Shown piece after piece: positions 28,623 through 39,526 of a DNA stretch of 64,000 bases. Under the pieces are notes generated by a model that saw only the letters and a program-made list of their open reading frames with translations, was not told the origin of the DNA and did not search any database. Source of the stretch: Thermoanaerobaculia bacterium (GTDB taxonomy: Bacteria; Acidobacteriota; Thermoanaerobaculia; Multivoradales; JAHEKO01); contig CAWAET010000020.1 in the NCBI GenBank assembly GCA_963781065.1, positions 37,537 to 101,536 on the forward strand, given 5' to 3'. A program made the position numbers and the translations under genes. Each line of letters opens with the position of its first letter. Position 1 is the first letter of the stretch.

Positions 28623-28655
28623 CGTCTGGCGTATAGTAGAGGGCTTGCGCGCCTC

Positions 28656-29024
28656 ATGGCCCGCCGCGGAACGACGATGAAAGCCCGACGCACACTCAGT
28701 CTGCTGGCCGCGCTGGCCCTGCTGGCGCCCCTGGCCGCCGTCGCCGTCCCGGTGTGCTCTCCCGGCCCGCACTGCCCGATGGCTGCTGCGATGGCCGGCG
28801 ACCCGCCCTGTCACGGCACGGCGATCCAGGCGGACAGCTGCTGCCGGACGGCCGCGGCCGCCACCGCGGTCGAGATCGTGCCGGTGGCCTCCGCTCCGGC
28901 TCTGGCCGCCGACCCCGGCACGCCGGTGCCGCGGATCGAGTCGGCCGCCGGCGTGCCGCCCCTGGCGGCCGATGCCGCCGCGCCGCGGCCGCTATACCGC
29001 CTGTTCCGGGCCCTGCTGATCTGA
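28656..29024 (+). CDS. small secreted Cys/His/Met-rich protein (possible metal-binding accessory protein)
   Basis: Signal peptide LSLLAALALLAPLAAVA, then PVCSPGPHCPMAAAMAGDPPCHGTAIQADSCC. It sits directly upstream of the metal efflux genes. An alternative ATG lies at 28677. Confidence 0.45.
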   Translation: MARRGTTMKARRTLSLLAALALLAPLAAVAVPVCSPGPHCPMAAAMAGDPPCHGTAIQADSCCRTAAAATAVEIVPVASAPALAADPGTPVPRIESAAGVPPLAADAAAPRPLYRLFRALLI

Positions 29025-29100
29025 GCTCCTTCCGCGGCTGAAGTGCGCCCGGTCGCCGCCGGCGACGCGGGCGTGGCTTGTAACCAGGGAGGAGACTCAG

Positions 29101-30453
29101 ATGAGACGGAAGAACTGCCGCCTGCTGGCGGCGACGGTGCTGTCGGCCAGCCTCTGGCCGGCACTGACGGTCGCTCAGGCGATCGACGAGCGGATCGGGG
29201 AGAGTGGCCCCGCCGCGCGGCTGACCCGGTCCCTCGAGGATCCGGCCCTGCGAAGCGTGGTGACCGAGATCCTGGAGCGCAATGCCGAGCTCGCCGGGGC
29301 CGCCGCGCGGGCTCGCGCCGCGGCCCTGCGGGCGCCCCAGGTGCGCGCGCTGCCCGATCCGATGGTCGGCCTGACCGCCTTTCTCGCGCCACCGGAGACG
29401 CGCGTCGGGCCCCAGCGGCTGATGTTGGTGGCCTCGCAGCGCCTGCCCGGGTTCGGCAAGCTGGCCCTGGCCGAGCAGGCGGCGGTGCTGGAGGCGGCGG
29501 CGCTCGCCGCCGAGGTCGAGGCGCGGCGTCTCGAGTTGGTCACCGAGGGCCGGCGCCTGTGGTTCGAGCTGGCCTTCCAGGAGCGCCAGCGGGAGATCAC
29601 CGCCGAGTTTCGCCGGCATCTCGACCAGCACGAAGAGATCGCCCGCACGCGTTACGCGACGGGGATCGGGTCGGGCCAGGGAGTGGTCAAGCTGCAGGCC
29701 GAGATCACCCGCGTCGACAGCCGGCTGCTGGACATCGGCGAACGGCAGGCCGCGCTGGCGGCCCGCCTCGGCGGGCTGCGCGACCGGCCGGGGGAAGGGC
29801 TCGCGGCCGCCGTGGGGCTTCCCGGCCTGCGCTCGCTCGACCTCGACCGCGGCGCCCTGGAGAGGCTGGCCGTCGAGCGCCGGCCGGAGCTGGCCGCCGC
29901 CGCGGCGAGGCTGGCCGGCGCCGAGGTCCTGCAGCGGCTGGCCGAGAAACAGTTCAAACCGGACTTCACCCTCGGTCTCACCTACACGATGGTCGAGCGA
30001 CGCCGCGACGAGCCGGGCCGGCTGCAGCCGCCGCCAGGCAACGGCAACGATGTCTTCGGCCTCCAGGGCGGCGTGACGCTGCCGCTGCGCCGCGGCAAGC
30101 TGCGGGCCGGCCTCGAGCAGGCGAGCGCGCTGCGGTTGGCGGCGGAGGAGAGCCGGCGCGCCGCGCAGACGCGGATCGCCGCCGACCTCGACGAGCTGGC
30201 GGGCCGCATCCCGCTGGCCTGGCGGCAGCTGCGGCTGCTCGAGGACGTCCTGATCGTCCAGGCCGAGGAGGCACTGGACTCGGCCCGCGCCGGCTATGTG
30301 ACCGGCACCCTGAACGCCCTCGACCTGCTGGACGCCGAGCACGTGCTGTTCGACGCCCACACCGCGGTGGCCCGCGCCGCCGCCGACTTCGCGATCTACC
30401 TGGCTCGGCTGGAAGGCGTGGTGGCCGAGCCGCTGGAGGTGCCGCAATCATGA
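29101..30453 (+). CDS. heavy-metal efflux outer-membrane factor (TolC/CusC/CzcC family)
   Basis: 450 aa with an ATG start and a signal peptide. It shows the two-repeat TolC-like architecture. Its stop overlaps the adaptor ATG (ATGA). Confidence 0.85.
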   Translation: MRRKNCRLLAATVLSASLWPALTVAQAIDERIGESGPAARLTRSLEDPALRSVVTEILERNAELAGAAARARAAALRAPQVRALPDPMVGLTAFLAPPETRVGPQRLMLVASQRLPGFGKLALAEQAAVLEAAALAAEVEARRLELVTEGRRLWFELAFQERQREITAEFRRHLDQHEEIARTRYATGIGSGQGVVKLQAEITRVDSRLLDIGERQAALAARLGGLRDRPGEGLAAAVGLPGLRSLDLDRGALERLAVERRPELAAAAARLAGAEVLQRLAEKQFKPDFTLGLTYTMVERRRDEPGRLQPPPGNGNDVFGLQGGVTLPLRRGKLRAGLEQASALRLAAEESRRAAQTRIAADLDELAGRIPLAWRQLRLLEDVLIVQAEEALDSARAGYVTGTLNALDLLDAEHVLFDAHTAVARAAADFAIYLARLEGVVAEPLEVPQS

Positions 30454-31955
30454 CCAACGCAAATGACACGGGCGCACGCCGCTGGCTCGGGCGGCTCGGA
30501 TGGGCGGGCGGCGGGCTGCTGCTCGCGGCGCTGCTGACCCTCGACCCGTGGGACCTGCATCCGGTCGACGACTGGCTGCGCGGCGCGCCCGAGCAAGCAG
30601 TCGCGGCCGCCGGAGGCGGCGAGGCGCGGCAGCTGTGGACCTGCCCGATGCATCCCCACGTCCTGGCCGAGGGCCCTGGCGACTGCCCGATCTGCGGCAT
30701 GGATCTGGTGCCGGCGGGGGATGGCGAGGCCGGGGCTCCGGCCGCGGCGGGCGGCAAGCGCGAGATCCTCTACTACCGCAATCCGATGGACCCGACGGTC
30801 ACCTCGCCGGTGCCGGCCAGGGACTCGATGGGCATGGACTATGTGCCGGTCTACGCCGACGAGGCCGGGCGCGCGGCGGGCGCCGGGACGACGGTGGAGA
30901 TCGATCCCACGGTGGTCCAGAACATGAACGTGCGAACCGCCGCCGCCGAGCGCCGCGATCTGCGCCACGACATCCGCACCGTCGGCTATCTGGAGTACGA
31001 CCAGGAGCGGATGGTCACGGTGACCACGAAGTACAGCGGCTGGATCGAGACGGTGTACGTCAACTACGTCGGTGAGCCGGTGCGCCGGGGCCAGCCGCTG
31101 TTCGAGATCTACTCTCCCGAGCTCGTCCAGACCCAGCAGGAGCTGCTGTCGGCCATCGACTACGCGCGCGCCTTCGCCAGCGCCGCCGACGCTCGCCGGC
31201 GGGCCGAGGCGCTGGTCGACGCCGCCCGCACCCGGCTGCGCTACTGGGACATCTCGTCCGACCAGATCGCGCGGCTGGAGGAGACGGGCGAGATCTTCCG
31301 CACCCTCGACGTCGTGGCGCCGGCCGGCGGGCTGGTCATGAAGCGGCTTGCGGGGCTCGAAGGCATGGCCGTCAAGCCCGGCATGGAGGTGTACCACATC
31401 GCCGATCTGTCGTCGCTCTGGCTGTCGGTGGAGCTGTTCGAGGACCAGGTCGCCTGGATCGGCGAGGGCACCGCGGCCGACGTGACCTTCAACTACTTCC
31501 CGGGCGAGACCTTCCGCGGCACCGTGCGGTTCATCGAGCCGGAGTTCTCCGAGAAGACCCGCACCCTGCCGGTGAAGCTGGAGATGCCGAACCCGCGCGG
31601 CCGGCTGCGCCCGGGATGTTCGCCACCGTGATGTTCCAACCGGTGGCGGCGCGCCAGGCGCTGACCGTGCCGTCGCTGGCGGTGCTGCGCACCGGCCAGC
31701 GCAACGTCGTCGTGGTGGATCTCGGTGAGGGCCGCTTCGCTCCGCGCGAGGTGGTCCTGGGCTACGAGGGCGCCGGCTTCGTCGAGGTGATCGACGGGCT
31801 CGCCGCGGGCGAGACGCGTCGTCACCTCGGCGCAGTTCCTGATCGACTCCGAGGCCAGCCTGCAGGAGGCGATCCAGAAGATGCTGACCCAGCGCCAGGC
31901 CGAGCAAGCCGCCGCCGGCGGCCCGGCTGGGGCTGGCGACGGCAGCGGGCCTTAG
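30450..31955 (+). pseudogene. heavy-metal efflux RND adaptor (CusB/CzcB family) with an N-terminal CPMHP...CPICGM metal-binding domain; two frameshifts
   Basis: The frame switches at about 31613-31616 (LRPG|MFATVMFQ, consistent with one G missing from a G run). It switches back at about 31814 (AAGE|[23 protein letters not shown], one extra base). The reconstructed stop is TAG at 31953-31955. Confidence 0.8.
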
Positions 31956-31967
31956 AGGGAGACGCCG

Positions 31968-34900
31968 ATGCTCAACAAGATCATCGAGTGGTCCCTGCGC
32001 AACCAGCTGCTGGTGACCGTGGCGTCTGCGTGCTGGCGATCCTGGCCGGCGTCTGGGCGATGCAGCGAGACCCGCATCGACGCCATCCCCGACCTCTCCG
32101 ACGTCCAGGTGATCGTCTTCACCGAGTACCCCGGCCAGGCGCCGCAGGTGGTCGAGGACCAGGTCACCTACCCGCTCACCACCAAGATGCTGGCGGTGCC
32201 CTACGCCAAGGTCGTGCGCGGCTACTCGTTCTTCGGCTTCTCCTTCGTCTACGTCATCTTCGAGGACGGCACCGATCTCTACTGGGCGCGCTCCCGGGTG
32301 CTCGAGTACCTGCTCCGGGCTCGCCGGCCAGCTGCCCGCGCGGCGTCACGCCGCAGCTCGGCCCCGACGCCACCGGCGTCGGCTGGGTCTTCATGTACGT
32401 GCTCAACTCCGACCGAGCACTCCCTGGCCGAGCTGCGCAGCTTCCAGGACTGGTACCTGCGTACGGGCTGACCGTCGGTCGAGGGCGTCTCCGAGGTGGC
32501 CTCGGTCGGCGGCTTCGTCCGCCAGTACCAGGTCGAGGTCGACCCGGTGCAGCCTGCGCGCCTACGGCATCCCGCTCGCGCAAGGTGCAGACGCGCGATC
32601 CAGCGCTCGCAACATCGACGTCGGCGGCCGGCTGGTCGAGATGGCCGAGCGCGAGTTCATGGTGCGCGGCCGCGGCTACATCAAGGAGGTCCGGGACCTC
32701 GAGAACGTCGCGCTCGGCGTCGGCGCCGGGCGGCGCGCCGATCCTGCTCAAGGACGTCGCCGACGTCACCATCGGGCCCGAGATCCGCCGCGGCCTGGCC
32801 GACTGGAACGGCGAGGGCGAGATCGTCGGCGGCATCGTCGTCGTGCGCTCCGGCGCCGACACGCCTGTCGACCATCGCCGCGGGTCAAGGAGCGGCTGGC
32901 GGAGCTCGAGGCGGGCCTGCCCGAGGGCGTCGAGATCTCGGTCGCCTACGACCGCTCCGGCCTGATCGAGCGCTCGATCGAGACGCTGACCCACACCCTG
33001 ATCGAGGAGTCGATCGTCGTCGCCCTGGTCTGCCTGGTCTTCCTCTTCCACTTCCGCTCCGCCTTCGTCGCCATCGTCTCGATCCCGGTCTCGATCCTGC
33101 TCGCCTTCATCATCATGCGGCTGCAGGGGCTCAGCGCCAACATCATGTCGCTGGGCGGCATCGCCATCTCGATCGGCGTGCTGGTCGACGCGGCGGTCAT
33201 CATGGTCGAGAACGCCCACAAGCACTACGAGGAGTGGCGGGGCAAGCGGTCGCACTTCGAGATCATCCTGCGCTCGGCGCAGGAGGTCGGGCCGACCCTG
33301 TTCTTCACCCTGCTGGTCATCACCGTCTCGTTCCTGCCGGTCTTCACCCTGCGAGGCGCAGGAGGGGCGGCTGTTCCGCCCGCTGGCCTTCACCAAGACC
33401 TACGCCATGGCCGCTGTCGGCGCATCCTGGCGGTCACGGTCGTCCCGGTGCTGATGTTCTGGTTCGTCCGCGGGCGGATCCTCAGCGAGAAGCGCCACCC
33501 GGTCTCGCGCCTGCTGCGCTTTCTCTACACGCCGGTGCTCAACGTCGCGCTGCGCTGCCGCTGGGCGGTCATCGTCGTCATGGCGCTGGTCCTGCTGCGT
33601 CGACCCTGCGTGCCCCTGCAGCGGCTCGGCTCGGAGTTCATGCCGCCGCTGTGGGAGGGCGACCTGCTCTACATGCCGACGACCTTCCCCGGCATCTCGA
33701 TCACCAAGGCGAGGGAGCTGCTGCAGCAGACCGACAAGATCATCCGCACCTTCCCCGAGGTGGAGTCGGTGTTCGGCAAGGTCGGCCGGGCCGAGACCGC
33801 CACCGACCCGGCGCCGCTGTCGATGATCGAGACGACCATCAGTGCTCAAGGACCCGCAGCGAGTGGCGGCCCGGGCATGACCACGCGACGAAGCTGATCG
33901 CCGAGCTGGACCGGGCGATCCAGTTCCCGGGGCTGACCAACGCCTGGACGATGCCGATCAAGACCCGCATCGACATGCTCTCGACCGGGATCAAGACGCC
34001 GGTCGGGATCAAGATCGGCGGGCCCGACCTGCGCGAGCTGGAGCGGCTCGGCGCAGGAGGTCGAGGCGGTGGTCAAGCCGCTGCCGGGCACCCTGTCGGC
34101 CTACGCCGAGCGGGTCATGGGCGGCAGCTATCTCGACTTCGACATCGACCGCGAGGCGGCGGCGCGCTTCGGCCTGACCGTCGGCGACATCCAGGACGTG
34201 ATCCAGTCGGCGATCGGCGGCATGAACGTCTCCTGGACCGTCGAGGGGCTCGAGCGCTACCCGATCAACGTGCGCTATCCGCGCGAGCTGCGCGACAACC
34301 CGGCGGCGCTGCGCGAGATCCTGGTGGCGACGCCGGTCGGGGCGCAGGTGCCGCTCGGCCAGCTGGCCGACATCGAGCTGCGCCAGGGCCCGCCGGGCAT
34401 CAAGTCCGAGAACGCCCGGCCCAACGCCTGGATCTACGTCGACCTGCGCGGCATCGACGTCGGCTCCTGGGTCGAGCGGGCACAGCGCGAGGTCGCGAGC
34501 CAGGTCGAGCTGCCGCCGGGCTACACGATCTTCTGGTCGGGGCAGTACGAGTACATGCAGCGGGCGCAGGCGCGGCTGCTGCTGATCGTGCCGCTGACCC
34601 TGGCGCTCATCTTCCTGATCCTCTACTTCCACACCAAGTCGATCGTCAAGACCGCCATCGTGCTGTCGGCGATCCCCTTCTCGCTGGTGGGCTCGGTCTG
34701 GCTGCTCGACCTGCTCGACTACAACTGGTCGATCGCGGTCTGGGTCGGCGTGATCGCCCTGGCCGGGCTGGCCGCCGAGACCGGCATGGTGATGCTGCTC
34801 TATCTCGACATCGCCTACGAGCGGTGGAAGAGCGAGGGCCGGATGGCCAGCTACGCCGATCTGGCGGCGGCGATCGATCACGGCGCGGTACAGCGGATCC

Positions 34901-35136
34901 GGCCCAAGATGATGACCGTGGCGACCGTGCTCTTCTCGCTGGTGCCGATCCTCTGGGCCACCGGCACCGGCGCCGACGTCATGCGGCGGATCGCCGCGCC
35001 GATGGTCGGCGGTATCGTCACCTCGTTCCTGGCCGAGCTGATCGTCTTCCCGGCGATCTATTTCGTCTGGCGGTCGGTCGGGATGAAGAAAGGGCCGCTG
35101 TTCGCCGCCGCCGAGACATCTGATAGCGAGGTATGA
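31968..35136 (+). pseudogene. heavy-metal efflux RND pump (CusA/CzcA family), heavily frameshifted
   Basis: Conserved HME-RND sequence is scattered over all three forward frames. Examples: [98 protein letters not shown]..., SIVVALVCLVFLFHFRSAFVAIVSIP..., through to ...GGIVTSFLAELIVFPAIYFVW. I count more than a dozen frame switches by hand. Confidence 0.85.
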
Positions 35137-37764
35137 GCATGGCAGAGAACGACTCCCAGACAGCCGCGGCGCCGCTGCCGCCGACCGGCCGGGTGGTCCG
35201 CCTGGACCCGGTCTGCGGCATGGTCGTCGGCACGGACTCGCCGCACCGGCTGGAGCACGGCGGCGCCACCTACCTGTTCTGCAGCGCCGGGTGCGTCGAC
35301 CGCTTCCGCGCCGCGCCGGAGAGCTACCTGGAGCCGGCGCCGGCCGCCGACCACCTCGACCCGGTCTGCGGCATGTCCGTCGCCGGCGACTCGCCGCACC
35401 GGCTGGACCATGCCGGCACCACCTACCGCTTCTGCTGCGCCGGTTGCTTGGAGAAGTTCCGCGCCGACCCGCAGCGATACCTCGAGGGTCGCGTGGAGGA
35501 GCCGCAGGATGCCGGCGCGGAGTACACCTGCCCGATGCACCCCGAGGTGAGCCAGATCGGCCCCGGCAGCTGCCCGGACTGCGGCATGGCGCTCGAGCCG
35601 ACGGCGCCGATCGCGGTCAAGCGGCGGTGGACCTGCCCGATGCACCCCGAGGTGGTCCGCGACGAGCCGGGGGACTGCCCGATCTGCGGCATGGCCCTCG
35701 AGCCGGCCACCGCGAGCGCCGAGCAGCGAGAACCCCGAGCTGATCGACATGACCCGGCGCTTCCGGGTCAGCGTCGCCCTCGGCCTGCCGCTGGTCGTCG
35801 TCGCCATGGCGACGATGCTCGGCGTCGGGCTCTTCGACCGGCTGCTCTCGCCACGCGGCCTCCACTGGCTCGAGCTGGCGCTGGCCACGCCGGTGGTGCT
35901 GTGGTGCGGCTGGCCGTTCTTCGAGCGCGCCTGGCGGTCGCTGGTCAGCCGCCGCCTCAACATGTTCACCCTGATCGGGCTCGGCGTCGGGGTGGCCTAC
36001 GGCTACAGCCTGGTGGCCACCGTGGCTCCGGGCCTCTTCCCGGCCTCGTTCCGCGGCCCGGGCGGCGCCGTGCCGGTCTACTTCGAGGCGGCGGCGGTGA
36101 TCACCGCCCTGGTCCTGCTGGGCCAGGTGCTCGAGCTGCGCGCCCGCGACCGCACCGGCGCCGCGATCCGCGCCCTGCTCGACCTGGCGCCGCCGACCGC
36201 GCGGCGGCTGGGCGAGGACGGCGGCGAGGAGGACGTGCCGCTCGAGAAGGTGCGCGCCGGCGACCGCCTGCGCGTCCGCCCCGGCGAGAAGGTGCCGGTC
36301 GACGGCGTGGTGCTCGAGGGCGCGAGCGCGGTCGACGAGTCGATGGTCACCGGCGAGCCGATGCCGGTCGAGAAGGGGGCCGGCGACGGCGTGATCGGCG
36401 CCACCGTCAACGGCACCGGCTCCTTCGTCATGCGCGCCGAGAAGGTCGGCTCGGAGACGCTGCTGGCGCAGATCGTCCAGATGGTGGCCGAGGCGCAGCG
36501 CAGCCGGGCGCCGATCCAGAAGCTGGCCGACGTCGTCGCCGGCTGGTTCGTGCCGGTGGTGATGGCCAGCGCGGCGCTCACCTTCGTCGTCTGGGCGCTG
36601 GTCGGCCCGGCGCCGGCCATGGCCTACGCCCTGATCAACGCCGTGGCGGTGCTGATCATCGCCTGCCCCTGCGCCCTCGGGCTGGCGACGCCGATGTCGA
36701 TCATGGTGGCCACCGGCCGGGGCGCCGCGGCCGGCGTGCTGTTCAAGAACGCCGAGGCGATCGAGCTGCTGCGCGAGGTCGACACCCTGGTGCTGGACAA
36801 GACCGGCACCCTGACCGAGGGCGCGCCCGCGGCTGGTCACGGTCGAGACCACCGGCGGCGGCGGCGGGGCCTCTCCGCCGCGCAGCCCGGGCGAGGCCGA
36901 CCTCCTCCGGCTGGCCGCCGCCCTCGAGCGGGCCAGCGAGCACCCGCTGGCCGAGGCGATCGTCGCCGGCGCCGCCGACCGGGGCCTGGAGCTGCCCGCC
37001 GCGAGCGACTTCTCCTCGCGCACCGGCAAGGGTGTCCGCGGGCGGGTCGAGGGCCGCGAGGTGGTGCTGGGCAACCGGGCGCTGCTCGCCGAGCTGGGGC
37101 TCGAGGCCGGGGAGCTGGGGCGGCGGGCCGAGGCGCTCCAGGCCGCCGGGCAGACGGTCGTCTTCGTCGCCGTCGACGGCGCCCTGGCGGGCCTGCTGGG
37201 GGTGGCCGACCCGATCAAGGAGAGCACCCCGGCGGCGATCGCGGCGCTCCACGCCGAGGGCCTGCGGCTGGTCATGCTCACCGGCGACAGCCGCGCCACC
37301 GCCGAGGCGGTGGCGGCGCGAGCTGGGCATCGACGAGGTGGTGGCCGAGGTCCTGCCCGACCAGAAGGCCGCGGCGGTCACGAAGCTCCAGGCCGAGGGC
37401 CGCAAGGTGGCGATGGCCGGCGACGGCGTCAACGACGCCCCGGCCCTGGCCACCGCCGAGGTCGGCATCGCCATGGGCACCGGCACCGACGTGGCCATGG
37501 AGAGCGCCGGCGTCACCCTGGTCAAGGGCGACCTGCGGCGGCATCGTCCGCGCCCGCCGCTTGAGCCGCGCGACCATGCGCAACATCCGCCAGAACCTCT
37601 TCTTCGCCTTCGTCTACAACGCCCTCGGGGTGCCGGTGGCGGCCGGCGTGCTCTACCCGGTCTTCGGCATCCTGCTGAGCCCGATCCTCGCGGCGGCGGC
37701 GATGAGCTTCAGCTCGGTGTCGGTGATCAGCAACGCGCTGCGGCTGAGAAGTGCGCGGCTCTGA
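35133..37764 (+). pseudogene. copA: P1B-type heavy-metal (Cu+/Ag+) translocating ATPase, four frameshifts
   Basis: Motifs CPC ([13 protein letters not shown]), DKTGTLT, MLTGD and [10 protein letters not shown]. The frame changes near 35725-35728, 36821-36824, 37313-37321 and 37535-37538. Each change is consistent with a single extra base. The ATG overlaps the cusA-like stop (ATGA). Confidence 0.85.
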
Positions 37765-37879
37765 GCCGCTTGCCCGAGTGCGGGACGAACCGCGGCGGCT
37801 TCACCACGGCAGGGTTGGCGAAGTACCGCCGAACCGGCAACCCGTGAGGAGTTGATGGGTTGTCCGCCCGCCGCCCGAC

Positions 37880-39526
37880 TCAGGGCGCCAGCGGCCGGGC
37901 CCCGGGAAACTCACCATTGGTCACCAACAACACCGACCTCCTGGCCAACCGGGTCGAGTCGACCACCCGCAGCCGCCCGCGCAGCTCCTCGGGCAGCGCC
38001 TCGAGCCCGTCGCCGTTGACCACCGCGAACACCCCCTCCGGCCGCTCGAGGTGGTGCCGCAGCACCTCCGGGTCGCCGGTCTCGACGGTGTACACCCCGT
38101 CGGAGTAGAAGGCGAACGGCTCCGGCAGGTTGCCCAGGTCGTAGGCCACGACCGGCAGCCCGGCGGCGCGCGAGTCGGCGGTGACCTCGGCGATGCGCAC
38201 CGCGAACGGCCGCGCCGACTTGCGCCCCTCGAAGCGCGGATAGACCACCGCCGCCACCAGCAGGTAGGCCACGGCCAGCCCGGCGGCGGGCGCCAGGGCG
38301 GCGGGCAGGATGCGGCGCTTGACGGCGAACCAGAGGGTGGCGGCGCCGGCCGCGAGCAGGATGCCGCCGAAGGCCCAGAGCATCCAGGGCAGGAGCTCTT
38401 CGGCCCGCTTGGCCGCCAAGGGCGCGGCCAGGCCGATCAGCATCAGCAGACCGCCCAGAATGCCCTGCGCCACGGTCACCCAGCGCCGGCTCGGCGCCGG
38501 CGTCAGGTCGAGCGCCGGCTCGCGCCAGCCCGCCACCTTGCCCACCAGGGCGGCCGCCATGAGGGCGAAGGCGGGCACCGCCGGCAGGGCGTAGAGCTCG
38601 CGCTTCTCGGTCGAGATGGAGAAGAAGGTGACCACGAAGAGCGCCGCGATGAGCAGGAAGCGGTCGGCGGGCAGCTGCCGCCGCCGCCAGGCCAGCAACA
38701 GCGCCCCGGGCAGGAGCGCCGTCCACGGCATCAGCACCGGCGGCAGCACCTGGAGGAAATACCAGGGGGGCTGTTTGTGGTGCATGCCGTGGAGCCCGCG
38801 GTCGACGAAGTGCTCGCGCAGGGCGCCCCAGACCGAGTAGCCGCTGTCGTCGCCGAAGGTGGCGAAGAGGATCCAGGCCGCGAGCACCGCGGCGAAGACC
38901 AGCGGCCCCGAGAGCGGCGCGAAGCGGCGCCAGCTGCCCAGGTCACGGTCGGCGATCAGCACGCACAACGCGATCCCCAGCGGCAGCAGAAAGCCCACCG
39001 GACCCTTGTCGAGGACCGCCAGGGCGGCGGCGAGCCAGAACAGGAGCCCCGCCCGGCGGCCGTCGGCCTCGCCCGAGCGGAAGGCGACGAAGGCCGACAG
39101 GGCGACCCAGATGAGGAAGCAGAGCACCGAGTCGGTCTGGCTCCAGCGGGCCTTCTCCCAGAACAGGGTGGTGGTGGCGAGGGCGGCGCCGGCCAGAGCC
39201 GCGGTGCGCGGCCCGAAGAAACGACCGCCGAACCGCATGGTGAGCGCCACCGTGCCCAGCCCGGCGAGCGCCGAGGGCAGCCGCGCGGTCCAGGAGTTGA
39301 CCTCGCCGAGCGGCAGCGAGACGAGCGCGATCAGCCAGAAGAAAAGCGGCGGCTTGTCGGTCGTGACGACGCCGTTGACATGCGGCACCGCCCAGCGGCC
39401 GTCGACCACCATCTCGCGGGCGCCCTCGGCGAAGTAGGGCTCGTCCGGCGCCCACAAGTCGTGCCCGCCCAGCCAGCCGAGGAAGAGGACCGCCGCCGCC
39501 GCCAGCGCCCAGCGCCGCGCCGTCAC
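37880..39526 (-). CDS. GT39/ArnT-like membrane glycosyltransferase
   Basis: Polytopic membrane protein. N-terminal motif HDLWAPDEPYFAEGAREMVVDGRWAVPHVNGVVTTDKPPLFFW. The GTG start at 39526 overlaps the asnB stop (GTGA). Confidence 0.75.
   Translation of the reverse strand: MTARRWALAAAAVLFLGWLGGHDLWAPDEPYFAEGAREMVVDGRWAVPHVNGVVTTDKPPLFFWLIALVSLPLGEVNSWTARLPSALAGLGTVALTMRFGGRFFGPRTAALAGAALATTTLFWEKARWSQTDSVLCFLIWVALSAFVAFRSGEADGRRAGLLFWLAAALAVLDKGPVGFLLPLGIALCVLIADRDLGSWRRFAPLSGPLVFAAVLAAWILFATFGDDSGYSVWGALREHFVDRGLHGMHHKQPPWYFLQVLPPVLMPWTALLPGALLLAWRRRQLPADRFLLIAALFVVTFFSISTEKRELYALPAVPAFALMAAALVGKVAGWREPALDLTPAPSRRWVTVAQGILGGLLMLIGLAAPLAAKRAEELLPWMLWAFGGILLAAGAATLWFAVKRRILPAALAPAAGLAVAYLLVAAVVYPRFEGRKSARPFAVRIAEVTADSRAAGLPVVAYDLGNLPEPFAFYSDGVYTVETGDPEVLRHHLERPEGVFAVVNGDGLEALPEELRGRLRVVDSTRLARRSVLLVTNGEFPGARPLAP

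Noticed and set aside
35720-35735. Programmed ribosomal frameshifting in copA. E. coli copA is known to use a programmed frameshift after its first metal-binding domain, and here the first frame switch also falls right after the metal-binding array.
   Set aside because: Three more frame switches occur later in the same gene and many more in the neighbouring genes. No slippery heptamer is evident at the site. Indels, real or technical, explain all of the switches.
28600-37800. The metal-efflux locus as a mobile genomic island.
   Set aside because: No integrase, transposase, tRNA target or flanking direct repeats are visible. By eye, GC content and codon style look like the rest of the window.
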